Positions 50,687-60,812 of a stretch of 64,000 bases of DNA are shown here, in pieces (the first letter of the stretch is position 1; every line of letters starts with the position of its first letter). A program made the position numbers and the translations under genes. The notes under the pieces are model-generated. The model was not told where the DNA came from, ran no database searches, and worked only from the letters and a program-made list of their open reading frames with translations. Origin of the DNA: a virus (lineage: Duplodnaviria; Heunggongvirae; Uroviricota; Caudoviricetes); the IMG/VR virus record IMGVR_UViG_3300028888_000044, positions 1-64,000 of that record; one strand, written 5' to 3'.

Positions 50687-51472
50687 TTATTCCGTTATTA
50701 TTGTCCACCCATTCGGGACACCACTTGTACCTCTTGTTGTCCAAGTGGCATCCTTGTTTTTGACGAATGTTCCGTTGGTTGAAACTCCAGTTACCCAATA
50801 TGCCAATGCTCTTTCGCCTGGTGATGAAATTGTCTGTTCGGTAATTTCCGTAGCCAACATCTTTATGTAGTTTAGTTTTGTACAACCATTGAACATGTTC
50901 TTGTAACTTCCTTGATACAATACAAGGGCTTGCAGCAATGGTGCTGATACAAGTTCCTTGCAACCTTTGAACATAGAATTGAAACAGTCCTTTGTTGCGT
51001 TTGGCGGCATAATCAACTTGTCTGCATGTGTTATTTTTGTTCCTTCGAATAGCGTTCTAAATGAATAGTCTGTGGATTCGTCAAGTCTTGTGTCCTTGTC
51101 GGAAAACTCACCTTTCAATAGAGCCATCAATACACCACTGACACTGAATTTCTTGTCATTGTTCTTTATTTGGGAATAGTAGGCGTTACTTGTGTAGTAG
51201 TTACCCATTTGCCTTCCTACCCCTTTCATAATAACACTTTGACCAGTATTGATTGGTGGCATAGAAAATGTAACTTTTTGGTTATTGACATTGTAAACTC
51301 TTGTCCAATTTTCACCTTCATCCACAGAATATTCAACATACAAGTAATCACTAGTTGTTACAGAACTACCAATTGTTAAAGTAAATACACAGTTATCTTC
51401 TTCTGCGGTTAAACGGAAGTAGTTTGTATGAATTACTTTAACATTTGGTAGAAATCTTCTTAATCTGTCCAT
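50687..51472 (-). CDS. LRR-like accessory protein
   Basis: YF.L.AE.DN..FT.TIGS.VTTSD..Y.EYS.D.G..W shared with the next gene; same C-cap GTFVKN..ATW..SGVPNGW. Confidence 0.75.
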   Translation of the reverse strand: MDRLRRFLPNVKVIHTNYFRLTAEEDNCVFTLTIGSSVTTSDYLYVEYSVDEGENWTRVYNVNNQKVTFSMPPINTGQSVIMKGVGRQMGNYYTSNAYYSQIKNNDKKFSVSGVLMALLKGEFSDKDTRLDESTDYSFRTLFEGTKITHADKLIMPPNATKDCFNSMFKGCKELVSAPLLQALVLYQGSYKNMFNGCTKLNYIKMLATEITEQTISSPGERALAYWVTGVSTNGTFVKNKDATWTTRGTSGVPNGWTIITE

Positions 51473-51490
51473 TTCAGATTATATAATTTT

Positions 51491-54400
51491 TTAAGAATTT
51501 AATTGTGATAATCTAGCCTCAATGTAATCATATACACATTTTGCTGATGGGTATTGTACATCGCTACTGTTTTGGTCAATAGTGGTTACTTTGTTGGAAA
51601 TATCTTCCTTCTGTGCTAATACAGATTCATCAGCACCGATGATTGACATATCTTCTGTTAAATAAGTTGCAAGATTGTCAACAATTGAAATTGTATAAGT
51701 CTTTTCTGGTTCAACAACAAGTTCAAATACCCACTTAACACTTGCTGGTAAACTCAATGTTGTTGCACTCAATGGTGATGTGAATGAAAACAAGTATTCG
51801 TTTACAATGGTATTGTCTGTTGGTGTTGCCAAATTCAATGTCAATGTAGATACGCTACCCCATACATGCATTTCGTTAGGTGGTAATGTGAATGTTGTTC
51901 CAGTTGTCCCATGATTTATAACCTTAACCTTGTCAGCCTTGTTATCCATTGCTGTGGTAACGGCTGATATTGTTGTTTCAACTGAATTAAATGCTTGTGC
52001 AACACTTTGGCTACCACTTACATTTGACGCTCCAGTCAATGATGCTGGATATGTTACTGATGTGTAAGAACCTACATTGATGCTGCTGCCACTTGCAGTC
52101 AATGCTGCAACTTTATTTGTAATTGTTGCGGCTGTACCATTGAGTGTGATGCTTGAAATAGAACCCGAATTGTTTTGAAGTGCAGTATCAAGCAATACAG
52201 TTGCATCATAAACTGATGTTGCGGCACTTATGTATTTTGCTGATGATGGTGCAACATATTTGATGTTATCATTTGAATCAATTGTACCAGCAGCATTACC
52301 CAATGCTTTGATAGCCTTTTCTGTAACCAATTCATCATTCAACACCTCTTGTGTTAATGCTGAAATTGTTGTTTCAACAGCACTAAATGCTTGATTAATA
52401 GTTTGATTTCCGCTAATTGGTGTTGCGCCACTCAAAACACTTGGATATTCAATTGAAGTATATGTACCAACATTTATGTTATTGCCACTAATTCCAACAT
52501 TAGCAACTTTATTTGTAATAGTTGCATCAACGCCATTAACATTAACTCCGCTAATGCTGTTTTGTGAAGAACTTGCTATATTAGATATTGCAGAATCCAA
52601 TAAACTATCGGCATCATATAAAGATGTAGCACCACTTATGTAATTTGCTGTTGTATCTGTAACATAAGCAATTTCATTATTTTCATCAATCAAACCAGCA
52701 TTAGTTGCAATATCAATTATTGATTTTGTTGTAACCAATTCGTTGTCAATTACTTCATTTGTTAATGCAGAAATTGTTGTTTCAACATTATGGAATGCTT
52801 CTGTGACTGTTTGACCGCTTTCAACATTTACAGAACCGCTAAATGATTGTGGATAAGCAACTTCTTGATAACCATTTTCAATTGTAACAGCACTACTAAG
52901 ATGTGTATGGTCAATGTCTGCTTTTCCACTGATGTCTGTTTCTGTTTGATTTGTCCATAACCTTATTTCACCATCCTTGAAATAATAACAAGGTTTGTCT
53001 TGGAATAATACAATCCTATATGTATCATAAGCCTTTCCAATTAATTTATATATATAACCATCCTCTGTAGTTGGAAGGGTTTGTGATATTGGATGACCAC
53101 CTTCTTTTAATTTTACACTACCATCTGCTTGAGGAACACACACAAGATACACATCTGTATATGCACTTAATGTTGTGCCTTCATTGAAAGCATATCTAAA
53201 GTCTATTGGTGAATAATATTGAGTCAAAAGAGTTGCATTTGCTGGAGTTGCTTCTGCGGACACGGTTGTTATTGTACTATAATAATATACTTGACCAAAT
53301 GGGTCGAAACTTTCTGTTGTTAATGTTTTTTCTGTTCCCGTGTTATTAGGAACGGCATTGACTGGTGACAAATGTGTTTCGTCCTTGGTTAAAAGTATCA
53401 TATACCGATATAACTTAGTTGAAACTTTTATACAAGGATAATAATATGATATATTATACCCATTTGTATTACTATCATAACCATAAAACATGTCCCAACA
53501 ACCACCTTCAATTCTTGTTTCATTATATATAAACAACATAGTATATGCTGAACCGAATACGGTGGTAGTTCTAGTTGCTACTCCCATTGTGCTATAAACG
53601 GGTTTTGCTCCAAGGCCATTAATATTCAAAGTATATCCATTTGTACTTGACACAACACCATTTGTCAACAAACAGCAAACGCCATCGCGCAATTCTGTAA
53701 TACCATCAATTTGTGCAGTAAACGCAGTAGATGTTGATGTTGAATCCACTTTACCCATTGGTATTGATACAGCCATTTTTGCTGGACCGCCTGGAGTTGT
53801 TTGTGATTCAGCATAATTGATAGTTGATATTTTTGAATCAAGAATATCATCAGCATTCGCCAATGATGTTGCAGCACTGATATAGTGAGCATTTTCATTA
53901 ACATTATATTTTATTTCATTATTGGAATCGATTGTTCCAGCGGCTTCGGCAATTGCTTTTGAAATCTTTTCTGTTGCGAATTCGTCATCAAAAACTATTT
54001 GAGTTAAAGCAGAAACAGTATTTTCAACAGAATTAAAAGCATCTGCAATGGTTTGACTACCACTTACATTGGTTGCTGCACTGAATTCACTTGGATATTC
54101 AACAGATGTGTAAGTGCCGACATTTGTATCACTACCACTGATAGTAACACTAGCAACTTTGTCGGTTACTGTACCATTAATTCCATTAACATTAACTCCG
54201 CTAATACTGTTCTGTGCTGATGCTGATATGTTATATATTGCTGAATCAAGAATATTATCTGCATCATATAAAGAAGTTGCACCGCTAATATAATTGGCAT
54301 TGGCATTTGCAACATATGAAATTTCATCATTGTCATCAAGACCAGCAGCTTCTGCTAATTGTGTTATAGCTTCTGAAATAGTCTTTTCATCTTTAATTAT

Positions 54401-54790
54401 AGAATCAGTCAATGCAGAAATAGTTGTCTCAACTGAATTAAATGCTTCTGCAATTGTCTGACTACCGCTAACATTAACAGCACTGATGAATTCTTCTGGA
54501 TATTCAACTTGTGTATATGTACCTACGTTCTCATCACTACCACTGATTGTAACAGAGGCAATGTTGTTTTCAACGGTTGCACTAACACTATTTACATTAA
54601 TTCCTTTGATTGATTTACCAATATTAAATGTAACTATTTCATCTTCACTGTTTTTAAGTGAAATAGTTTCATTTCCTTTGGCATAATTAATTGCCAACTC
54701 ACCGTATTTAAGGTTTGATGGCTGTGGCAATTTTGGCTCGTTATTGACCAATTGGTTACTTCTAACGTGCAATAAATGTCTGTTTCCCAT
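51491..54790 (-). CDS. Tail fibre-like protein with internal ~135-aa repeats
   Basis: N-terminal P....L.YGELAIN fibre motif; repeated GVNVNG..VTISGS..NVGTYT.VEYP..SGSQT..AF..VETTISALT; central TLNINGLGAKPV domain. Confidence 0.7.
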   Translation of the reverse strand: MGNRHLLHVRSNQLVNNEPKLPQPSNLKYGELAINYAKGNETISLKNSEDEIVTFNIGKSIKGINVNSVSATVENNIASVTISGSDENVGTYTQVEYPEEFISAVNVSGSQTIAEAFNSVETTISALTDSIIKDEKTISEAITQLAEAAGLDDNDEISYVANANANYISGATSLYDADNILDSAIYNISASAQNSISGVNVNGINGTVTDKVASVTISGSDTNVGTYTSVEYPSEFSAATNVSGSQTIADAFNSVENTVSALTQIVFDDEFATEKISKAIAEAAGTIDSNNEIKYNVNENAHYISAATSLANADDILDSKISTINYAESQTTPGGPAKMAVSIPMGKVDSTSTSTAFTAQIDGITELRDGVCCLLTNGVVSSTNGYTLNINGLGAKPVYSTMGVATRTTTVFGSAYTMLFIYNETRIEGGCWDMFYGYDSNTNGYNISYYYPCIKVSTKLYRYMILLTKDETHLSPVNAVPNNTGTEKTLTTESFDPFGQVYYYSTITTVSAEATPANATLLTQYYSPIDFRYAFNEGTTLSAYTDVYLVCVPQADGSVKLKEGGHPISQTLPTTEDGYIYKLIGKAYDTYRIVLFQDKPCYYFKDGEIRLWTNQTETDISGKADIDHTHLSSAVTIENGYQEVAYPQSFSGSVNVESGQTVTEAFHNVETTISALTNEVIDNELVTTKSIIDIATNAGLIDENNEIAYVTDTTANYISGATSLYDADSLLDSAISNIASSSQNSISGVNVNGVDATITNKVANVGISGNNINVGTYTSIEYPSVLSGATPISGNQTINQAFSAVETTISALTQEVLNDELVTEKAIKALGNAAGTIDSNDNIKYVAPSSAKYISAATSVYDATVLLDTALQNNSGSISSITLNGTAATITNKVAALTASGSSINVGSYTSVTYPASLTGASNVSGSQSVAQAFNSVETTISAVTTAMDNKADKVKVINHGTTGTTFTLPPNEMHVWGSVSTLTLNLATPTDNTIVNEYLFSFTSPLSATTLSLPASVKWVFELVVEPEKTYTISIVDNLATYLTEDMSIIGADESVLAQKEDISNKVTTIDQNSSDVQYPSAKCVYDYIEARLSQLNS

Positions 54791-54912
54791 TTTTTAACTA
54801 AAAAGTTTTTTTTAATTTTTTTTATTTCTATAACAATAGTTTTTATACTAATATTATTACTATTAGCACATTTTTAAATAAATATCTTGGTAAAAATAAA
54901 AAAGAAAACAAT

Positions 54913-54968
54913 GATATACAATTTTGGTATCAGTTGAGTAATTTAATTTACTTACTGATACCAAAAAT
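54913..54968 (+). repeat. Third copy of the gatatacaatttgg...actgatacca hairpin element
   Basis: Stem aattttggtatcagt / actgataccaaaaatt; related to 45801-45846 and 2232-2279. Confidence 0.75.
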
Positions 54969-55018
54969 TTTTTTATAAATAGCTCAATGGGTTATAAAAA
55001 AAAGAATTGGGTGACTTT

Positions 55019-55780
55019 TTATTCATCCAATTCCTTTAATCTATTAATTGCAAATTCACATTGGTTTTTTGATATTTCACTTCCAATAAAGTCAAGATTT
55101 CTCTTCTTGCACGAAACGGCAGTAGTTCCGCTTCCTATGAATGGGTCGTACACAACCCAACCATCCCTTGTGTATATATCAAGAAGCTTATCACAAAGTT
55201 CACTGCTGTATGTAGCTTGGTTATAAGGGCATTTGCCATCATTGTTAGCTGCTTCTACGAAATTATATGAAACCTCATAGTATTGTTGATTTGTTTTCTG
55301 ATTTATGGACTTTACTCGTCTGTTGTTCACATAAGTGTTCATCTCGTTCTTTCTTGCAAAGACAAACACGAATTCCCAATTTCTACTTAATCTTTTTCCA
55401 TTGGCTGGAAAAGGAAGCCCACATTTCTTCTTCCAAATTATAGTATCTATTACATCAAAATTGGTGTTCCTCACTATTTCAGTCACCAATTTATAGGGTA
55501 ATGATGGGTTTTCTATCGAATACGAGAAATTGTATATAACAACCCTATTCTCATTCAATATTTGGTCGAACTTGTTGAACAAGTTTATTGACCAATCTAT
55601 ATATTCCTCTTCTGTTTTCCAATCAACGTAGACATCATATCTTCCAGTGTCCGCATATCCACCCTTTCTGTGTGTCATATTATATGGTGGAGAAGTCAAT
55701 ATTGTATCAACCTTTATGTTTTCTGAAATCATTCTGTCCATCGTGGCAAAACAGTCCTCATTGCATATGCTTCCGTTCAT
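55019..55780 (-). CDS. Orphan beta-class N4-C/N6-A DNA methyltransferase
   Basis: TSPPY precedes DPFIGSGTT; no adjacent restriction enzyme. Confidence 0.9.
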   Translation of the reverse strand: MNGSICNEDCFATMDRMISENIKVDTILTSPPYNMTHRKGGYADTGRYDVYVDWKTEEEYIDWSINLFNKFDQILNENRVVIYNFSYSIENPSLPYKLVTEIVRNTNFDVIDTIIWKKKCGLPFPANGKRLSRNWEFVFVFARKNEMNTYVNNRRVKSINQKTNQQYYEVSYNFVEAANNDGKCPYNQATYSSELCDKLLDIYTRDGWVVYDPFIGSGTTAVSCKKRNLDFIGSEISKNQCEFAINRLKELDE

Positions 55781-55926
55781 TTTTCTTCATTTTCATTTAA
55801 AAATTCAAGTTCATCAGAATTGTATTCAGCTATTATTTTACCATTACAATCCAATCTTGAATATATAATAGGATAAAGAAGCTTAACTTCTATTATTTGT
55901 CCAGTTTCAATTACTTTTGCTTTCAT
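55777..55926 (-). CDS. Small hypothetical protein (49 aa)
   Basis: MKAKVIETGQIIEV...; ATGA overlaps at both ends. Confidence 0.6.
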   Translation of the reverse strand: MKAKVIETGQIIEVKLLYPIIYSRLDCNGKIIAEYNSDELEFLNENEEK

Positions 55927-56192
55927 TTGCATATAATATTTTTGATATTCCAATCTTCAACATCTGCTGACAGAATATCTAATTTTGATTCAAGTCTTTC
56001 AACTCGTTCGATTAAATTATCGATTGTTTTAACCAAATCATCATATTTGTCATTCAATTTCCTTTGTTCTTCCTTTTTGTTTGCTTGCTTGAAAGCACGG
56101 CTTTCCAAAATATTAATATATTCATTAAGCTTTGTCTTTGTTGAACATTCTGATGGTTTTTGATTTTTTTCCATATACATAACATTAATCAA
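55923..56192 (-). CDS. Small coiled-coil protein
   Basis: 89-aa ORF in the methyltransferase operon. Confidence 0.55.
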   Translation of the reverse strand: MINVMYMEKNQKPSECSTKTKLNEYINILESRAFKQANKKEEQRKLNDKYDDLVKTIDNLIERVERLESKLDILSADVEDWNIKNIICK

Positions 56193-56349
56193 ATATTAAA
56201 ATATAAAAAAAAAATAACAAAACAAAAAATATTTTAACATTTTTTTATATTTTCAAATGAAAAATAAATGTTTTATTATACTTTTTTAAAATCTAATATA
56301 TTTATTATTAAAAAAATAATCAAATAGTTAATCTATTTTTAGAACATTT

Positions 56350-58038
56350 ATGAAAAATATAAGAAGTAAGTATGTAAAGGATTCCTTACTCGATTACGCA
56401 TCTTTGACAAAATCACTCAAGGAAAATACAACAGATGCCGTGAGAGATTTGCTTGGTGAAGCTGTAAGGGATACTTATAATAAAATCTTGTCAGAGTCAG
56501 AGGATGACTATGACGAAGAAGAGATGGAAGATACTGATTCTGAAAATGATTTCAATGACACTGAAAGTGATGATTCTTCAACAGAGGAAACACAAACGGA
56601 AGTCACACCAGACGGTGCAGTTCAGAAGACTACACAAGGTTCTGACGGTGAGGGTAATGAATGGAGTGAATTTGAAAAGTACAAGGTTTCAGACGACCAG
56701 TATGATTTCTCTAATGCGGAAGACGAGGAAATCGTGAGAGCATACAAGCTTATGAAGGATGAAGACCAACTTATTGTAACAAAGGATGGAGACAAGATTC
56801 ACCTTCAAGACAATGAAACTGGCGCAGACTACATAATCGACCTTCAATCAGTACCAGCAGAACAAGAAGGTGATGACGATACTCTTGTAGATGATACAGA
56901 GGAAAAGGTTACAACCGATACTGATGATTTTGGTGATGATGACATCGATATGACTGATGAAGCTTCATCTAACACAGTGGAAGATACTGAAGATGACGGA
57001 GATTCTGAAAGCTACAACGGACTTGATTTCAAGGATTATCCAGATGATTTTGATTCAGATGATGATACTGATGATGATTCTTGGGATGATGAAGATGGTG
57101 GTTTCGGTGATGATGATTCTGATGAAGACGATTATGATGATGAAAATGAAGATGATAAAAATATGAATGAACAAAGAATTTTTGAAATAGCGTTGAACGA
57201 ATATGATTCAAACGTGGGATACACTGACAACTATCAGAAGAAAGATGTCATGACAAATCCAGGAATGTCGGAGCCAGCAAAGAGTAGTTCTACAAATGAT
57301 TGGGATAAGGGTATCCCTCACGGAACAGAAAAGCCTTGGAGTGGAAAGAAGGGCGATAAGAAGGAAAATCAGCCATTCCACGGAGAAAAGGGTACTACAA
57401 TCGAGGAAGAATTCGATGAATGTGGTGACATGTTCGAGGAAGAAGATGGAGATTACGGAACAGTTGATGAAACTTCATTTGGTGGTGAATTGAACGAATT
57501 GAAGACCAATGCAGAACACGCTAACAATGGCAGCACAAGTCGTACTGATGGTCCAAACAACCCAAGACGTAGAAAGGCAAGAAGTTTCCATACAGCACAG
57601 AACGGTCAAGAAACTGGTACAGCAACAAATGCGTATGCCCCAACAAACGAATCAATCAGAAGGAAGGCAAATCAAATCTTCAAGGAAAACCAACAGTTGA
57701 AGAAGATTTTGAACGACTTCAGAACTACTTTGAATGAAGCTGCCGTAACAAATGTTAATCTTGGAAAGATTATCAAGCTCATTTCCGAAAACACAACAAC
57801 TTCGGATGAGAAGAGAGAGATTATTTCAAGGTTCGGCAAGGAAGCAAAGACTATTGGTGCTTCAAATGCACTTTATGAATCAATTTCTAATGAGTTGAAG
57901 AAGAAGGGCAAGATGAACATCAACGAAGACAAGCAGTTTACTGCAAACTCTTCAAAAATGATTAATGAGACTGAAATCTACAAGTCAAAGGACTTGATGG
58001 AGTCTCTCGGTTTGATGCATAAGATATGCAAATTGTAA
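56350..58038 (+). CDS. Prohead scaffolding/core protein (acidic)
   Basis: Immediately upstream of the MCP; acidic middle, coiled-coil C-terminus, many (L/I)xE sites. Confidence 0.7.
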   Translation: MKNIRSKYVKDSLLDYASLTKSLKENTTDAVRDLLGEAVRDTYNKILSESEDDYDEEEMEDTDSENDFNDTESDDSSTEETQTEVTPDGAVQKTTQGSDGEGNEWSEFEKYKVSDDQYDFSNAEDEEIVRAYKLMKDEDQLIVTKDGDKIHLQDNETGADYIIDLQSVPAEQEGDDDTLVDDTEEKVTTDTDDFGDDDIDMTDEASSNTVEDTEDDGDSESYNGLDFKDYPDDFDSDDDTDDDSWDDEDGGFGDDDSDEDDYDDENEDDKNMNEQRIFEIALNEYDSNVGYTDNYQKKDVMTNPGMSEPAKSSSTNDWDKGIPHGTEKPWSGKKGDKKENQPFHGEKGTTIEEEFDECGDMFEEEDGDYGTVDETSFGGELNELKTNAEHANNGSTSRTDGPNNPRRRKARSFHTAQNGQETGTATNAYAPTNESIRRKANQIFKENQQLKKILNDFRTTLNEAAVTNVNLGKIIKLISENTTTSDEKREIISRFGKEAKTIGASNALYESISNELKKKGKMNINEDKQFTANSSKMINETEIYKSKDLMESLGLMHKICKL

Positions 58039-58085
58039 ACCAAAACAAAGACAATAATTTAAAATAATACAAATAAGAAATTAAT

Positions 58086-60077
58086 ATGAGAGAATTTTTA
58101 ACTAGCGGACAAGTCGGTACTATCGAATTGAACGAACAGAAGAGAATTCGTGAAAGCATCCAAAAGCGTTGGGATTCGCTCGGATTCACAGAGGGTCTTG
58201 AGGGAACAATCAAGGAAAACCTTGCAACACTTTTCGAAAATGAGGCAAAGCACTTGCTTTCAGAAGCAACTGCATCTGACAACAGTGGTTCTTTCGAAAC
58301 CGTAGTATTCCCTATAATTCGTAGAGTATTTAGCAGATTACTTGCAAATGACATTGTATCTGTACAAGCAATGAACCTTCCAGTAGGTAAGTTGTTCTTC
58401 ATCTTGCCAGTAACCTCCACAAGAGAGTGGTTTGATGCAAGTGGTAACACTCTTGCTCCAGGCGCTGACCTTGAGGATGGTGTACAAGGTGCACACAAGG
58501 GTCTTATGGGATATGACCGTGTTAACCGCAACAAGCAAGGTGTAATTGAACCAAGATATTACTTGCCAGATGAGGTTGTAAACACTGTAGAAAATGTATG
58601 GACAGTACTCGGAAGTGAGGAAGAATACGCAACATACAAGGAAGCTTTGAGCGCAGCAACTGAACAAGGTTTGCCATCGTCAGCAGTACGTAAGGCTGGA
58701 CCAGAAGTTGTTCACTACTTCGAAAAGAGCCTTTATGACCTTTTCTATGATGACTTCCTTTATGACAATTCAAAGGGTAAGGTTACTATCCGTGTCGGCA
58801 ATGCTAACCCAGCATTCTTGACACCAATGGGTATGACTGAAATCACAAGAGATGGCTCAAAGGCACAATTCTTTGGTGACTTCCCTATCAAGAACGGAGC
58901 TGACGGAACTGTAAGAAACGTTGTTCTTGCTGTTGATGGCTTCTCTTCTTTCAACGCATCGAAGTTGACTGGTCCTGACGGAAACGAAATGGACACTGAA
59001 GCTTTCTTGGCTTCTTTGAAGGTTATCACTACAAAGGCCATTCCTTCTTCAAGTGGTGACAGTGGTGTTGAAACTACATCATTTATGAAGCACGAATCTG
59101 TACCTTTCCGTGTTGCTACACAGAAGTATGGTAAGGGTATCGTAGAATACAGCAACCCTTGCGATGCACAAGGTAAGATTTATCTTGAACTTGACTTGGC
59201 TAAACCTTGCAAGACACAAGCTGGTACTATCGATGGTTACATCGGTGTAGACTTTGAAACATTCTCTGGTGAGACTGTTGACTTGTTCCAAGTAGCTTGG
59301 GCACAATACGACTCACTTGAACTTGAAACTGAAATCGGTGAAGTTTCTTTCAAGCTTGACTCTGTAACAGTTTCAGTTGAAGAAAGAAAGTTGCGTGCAA
59401 CTTGGTCACCAGAACTCGCACAAGACGTTAGTGCTTTCCACAACATTGACGCAGAAAGCGAATTGACATCTATCTTGTCTGAACAAATCGCAGCAGAAAT
59501 CGACCGTGAAATCCTCCGTGATTTGCGTAAGGTTGCTCCTTGGCAAGCTCGTTGGGATGTGAATGGTTGGAGAAGAATGGCAGCATTCTCTACTAACTAT
59601 ACACAGAAGGACTGGAACCAAGAGTTGTTCACAAAGATTAACCAAATCTCTGCTCAAATCCACAAGGCTACACTTCGTGGTGGTGCAAACTTCATCGTTG
59701 TATCTTCTGAAATTTCAGCATTGTTCGATAACCTCGAATTCTTCCACGTAAGTGACGCTTCTGCTGAACAAGACGAATACAACATGGGTATCGAAAAGAT
59801 TGGTTCACTTTCTAACAGATACCAAGTATATCGTGACCCATATTCACCATATTGGTCAATCATTATCGGTCACAAGGGTAAATCATTGCTCGACACTGGT
59901 TACATCTATGCACCATACGTGCCAATGCAATTGACTCCAACAATGTTTAACCCATTCAACTTTGCACCAATCAAGGGTATTATGACAAGGTATGCGAAGA
60001 AGGTTGTTAATAACCGTTACTATGGACACGTTCGCGTAGATGGTCTCGTACATTGGAGCACAGCAGAGTTCAGATAA
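58086..60077 (+). CDS. Major capsid protein, T4 gp23-like, with an insertion domain
   Basis: IVSVQAMNLPVG.LF, RKLRATWSPELAQD..AFHNIDAE.EL..ILSE.I..EIDREI, YAPYVP, GIMTRY. Confidence 0.95.
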   Translation: MREFLTSGQVGTIELNEQKRIRESIQKRWDSLGFTEGLEGTIKENLATLFENEAKHLLSEATASDNSGSFETVVFPIIRRVFSRLLANDIVSVQAMNLPVGKLFFILPVTSTREWFDASGNTLAPGADLEDGVQGAHKGLMGYDRVNRNKQGVIEPRYYLPDEVVNTVENVWTVLGSEEEYATYKEALSAATEQGLPSSAVRKAGPEVVHYFEKSLYDLFYDDFLYDNSKGKVTIRVGNANPAFLTPMGMTEITRDGSKAQFFGDFPIKNGADGTVRNVVLAVDGFSSFNASKLTGPDGNEMDTEAFLASLKVITTKAIPSSSGDSGVETTSFMKHESVPFRVATQKYGKGIVEYSNPCDAQGKIYLELDLAKPCKTQAGTIDGYIGVDFETFSGETVDLFQVAWAQYDSLELETEIGEVSFKLDSVTVSVEERKLRATWSPELAQDVSAFHNIDAESELTSILSEQIAAEIDREILRDLRKVAPWQARWDVNGWRRMAAFSTNYTQKDWNQELFTKINQISAQIHKATLRGGANFIVVSSEISALFDNLEFFHVSDASAEQDEYNMGIEKIGSLSNRYQVYRDPYSPYWSIIIGHKGKSLLDTGYIYAPYVPMQLTPTMFNPFNFAPIKGIMTRYAKKVVNNRYYGHVRVDGLVHWSTAEFR

Positions 60078-60100
60078 TTCTGAAAATCAACAATTTAAAT

Positions 60101-60136
60101 AAAAAATATCAAGTCCAAAAGACTTGATATTTTTTT
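60101..60136 (+). terminator. Intrinsic terminator after the MCP
   Basis: aaaaaatatcaagtc-caaaa-gacttgatattttttt. Confidence 0.8.
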
Positions 60137-60238
60137 GATAATTTCACAATCCTTTTGAGTTTGTATTTTTAATAGGTTTTAATTTTTTAATATAAAATAA
60201 AAAAGGACAGCCATTTTAATGGTTGCCCTTTTTTTGTT

Positions 60239-60646
60239 TTATTGTTTTTCGCGCTTGAATATATATTGTTCGCTATGCTCATCTATTGTTGACATAGTGA
60301 CTAATTCCCAACCATATTCACTTTCTTGTTTCAAAAACTTACTTGGTGAACCAGTTTTTATCCCAAGTGCACTATCCGAATAGACCCATTCGTGTGTATT
60401 ATAAGTGCGAGGAACAAGGTAAGCATAAACTACAATTGTTTTGTATTCAAATTCTTTTGGTTTAATTGGATAATTGTTTTGAGGTATATATTCTTTCGTA
60501 TATTTACCTGTAGTCCAATTAACCCCAATTTGAATTTCCTTAATAACTTGTCCTTTGTAGCGTATTTCTATAATTCTGCAAGGGCAATCATCATGCAACT
60601 CATAAGTTGTTGCAGTTAAATCATTAATGTCTTCTGTTGTAATCAT
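60239..60646 (-). CDS. Protein with a C-terminal DUF4177-like domain
   Basis: FEYKTI...FL....GWELV....YIFKRE. Confidence 0.6.
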   Translation of the reverse strand: MITTEDINDLTATTYELHDDCPCRIIEIRYKGQVIKEIQIGVNWTTGKYTKEYIPQNNYPIKPKEFEYKTIVVYAYLVPRTYNTHEWVYSDSALGIKTGSPSKFLKQESEYGWELVTMSTIDEHSEQYIFKREKQ

Positions 60647-60789
60647 AATTCTATCTTAAAATAATATTTGTTATCACGTTCAATAATAAATTCCCAACCT
60701 TCTTGACCCATTTTATTCAAAAAGGCTTCTTATTCGTCATATCCCATATATTTGGTATGAACAACCTTGTATTCAAATTGCTTTGTCAT
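60643..60789 (-). pseudogene. DUF4177-like gene with an in-frame TAA
   Basis: MTKQFEYKVVHTKYMGYDE*EAFLNKMGQEGWEFIIERDNKYYFKIEL; internal TAA at 60730-60732; final TGA overlaps the next ATG. Confidence 0.65.
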
Positions 60790-60812
60790 AATTTTTTTAT
60801 TTTATATTATAC

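Noticed and set aside
50670-50963. N-terminal 98 aa of the 738-aa ORF call
   Set aside because: It overlaps the upstream gene in another frame; the paralogue-matching start MSLYIRRF is at 50669.
55019-55780. Complete restriction-modification system
   Set aside because: The neighbours are tiny ORFs with no nuclease motifs, so it is treated as an orphan methyltransferase.
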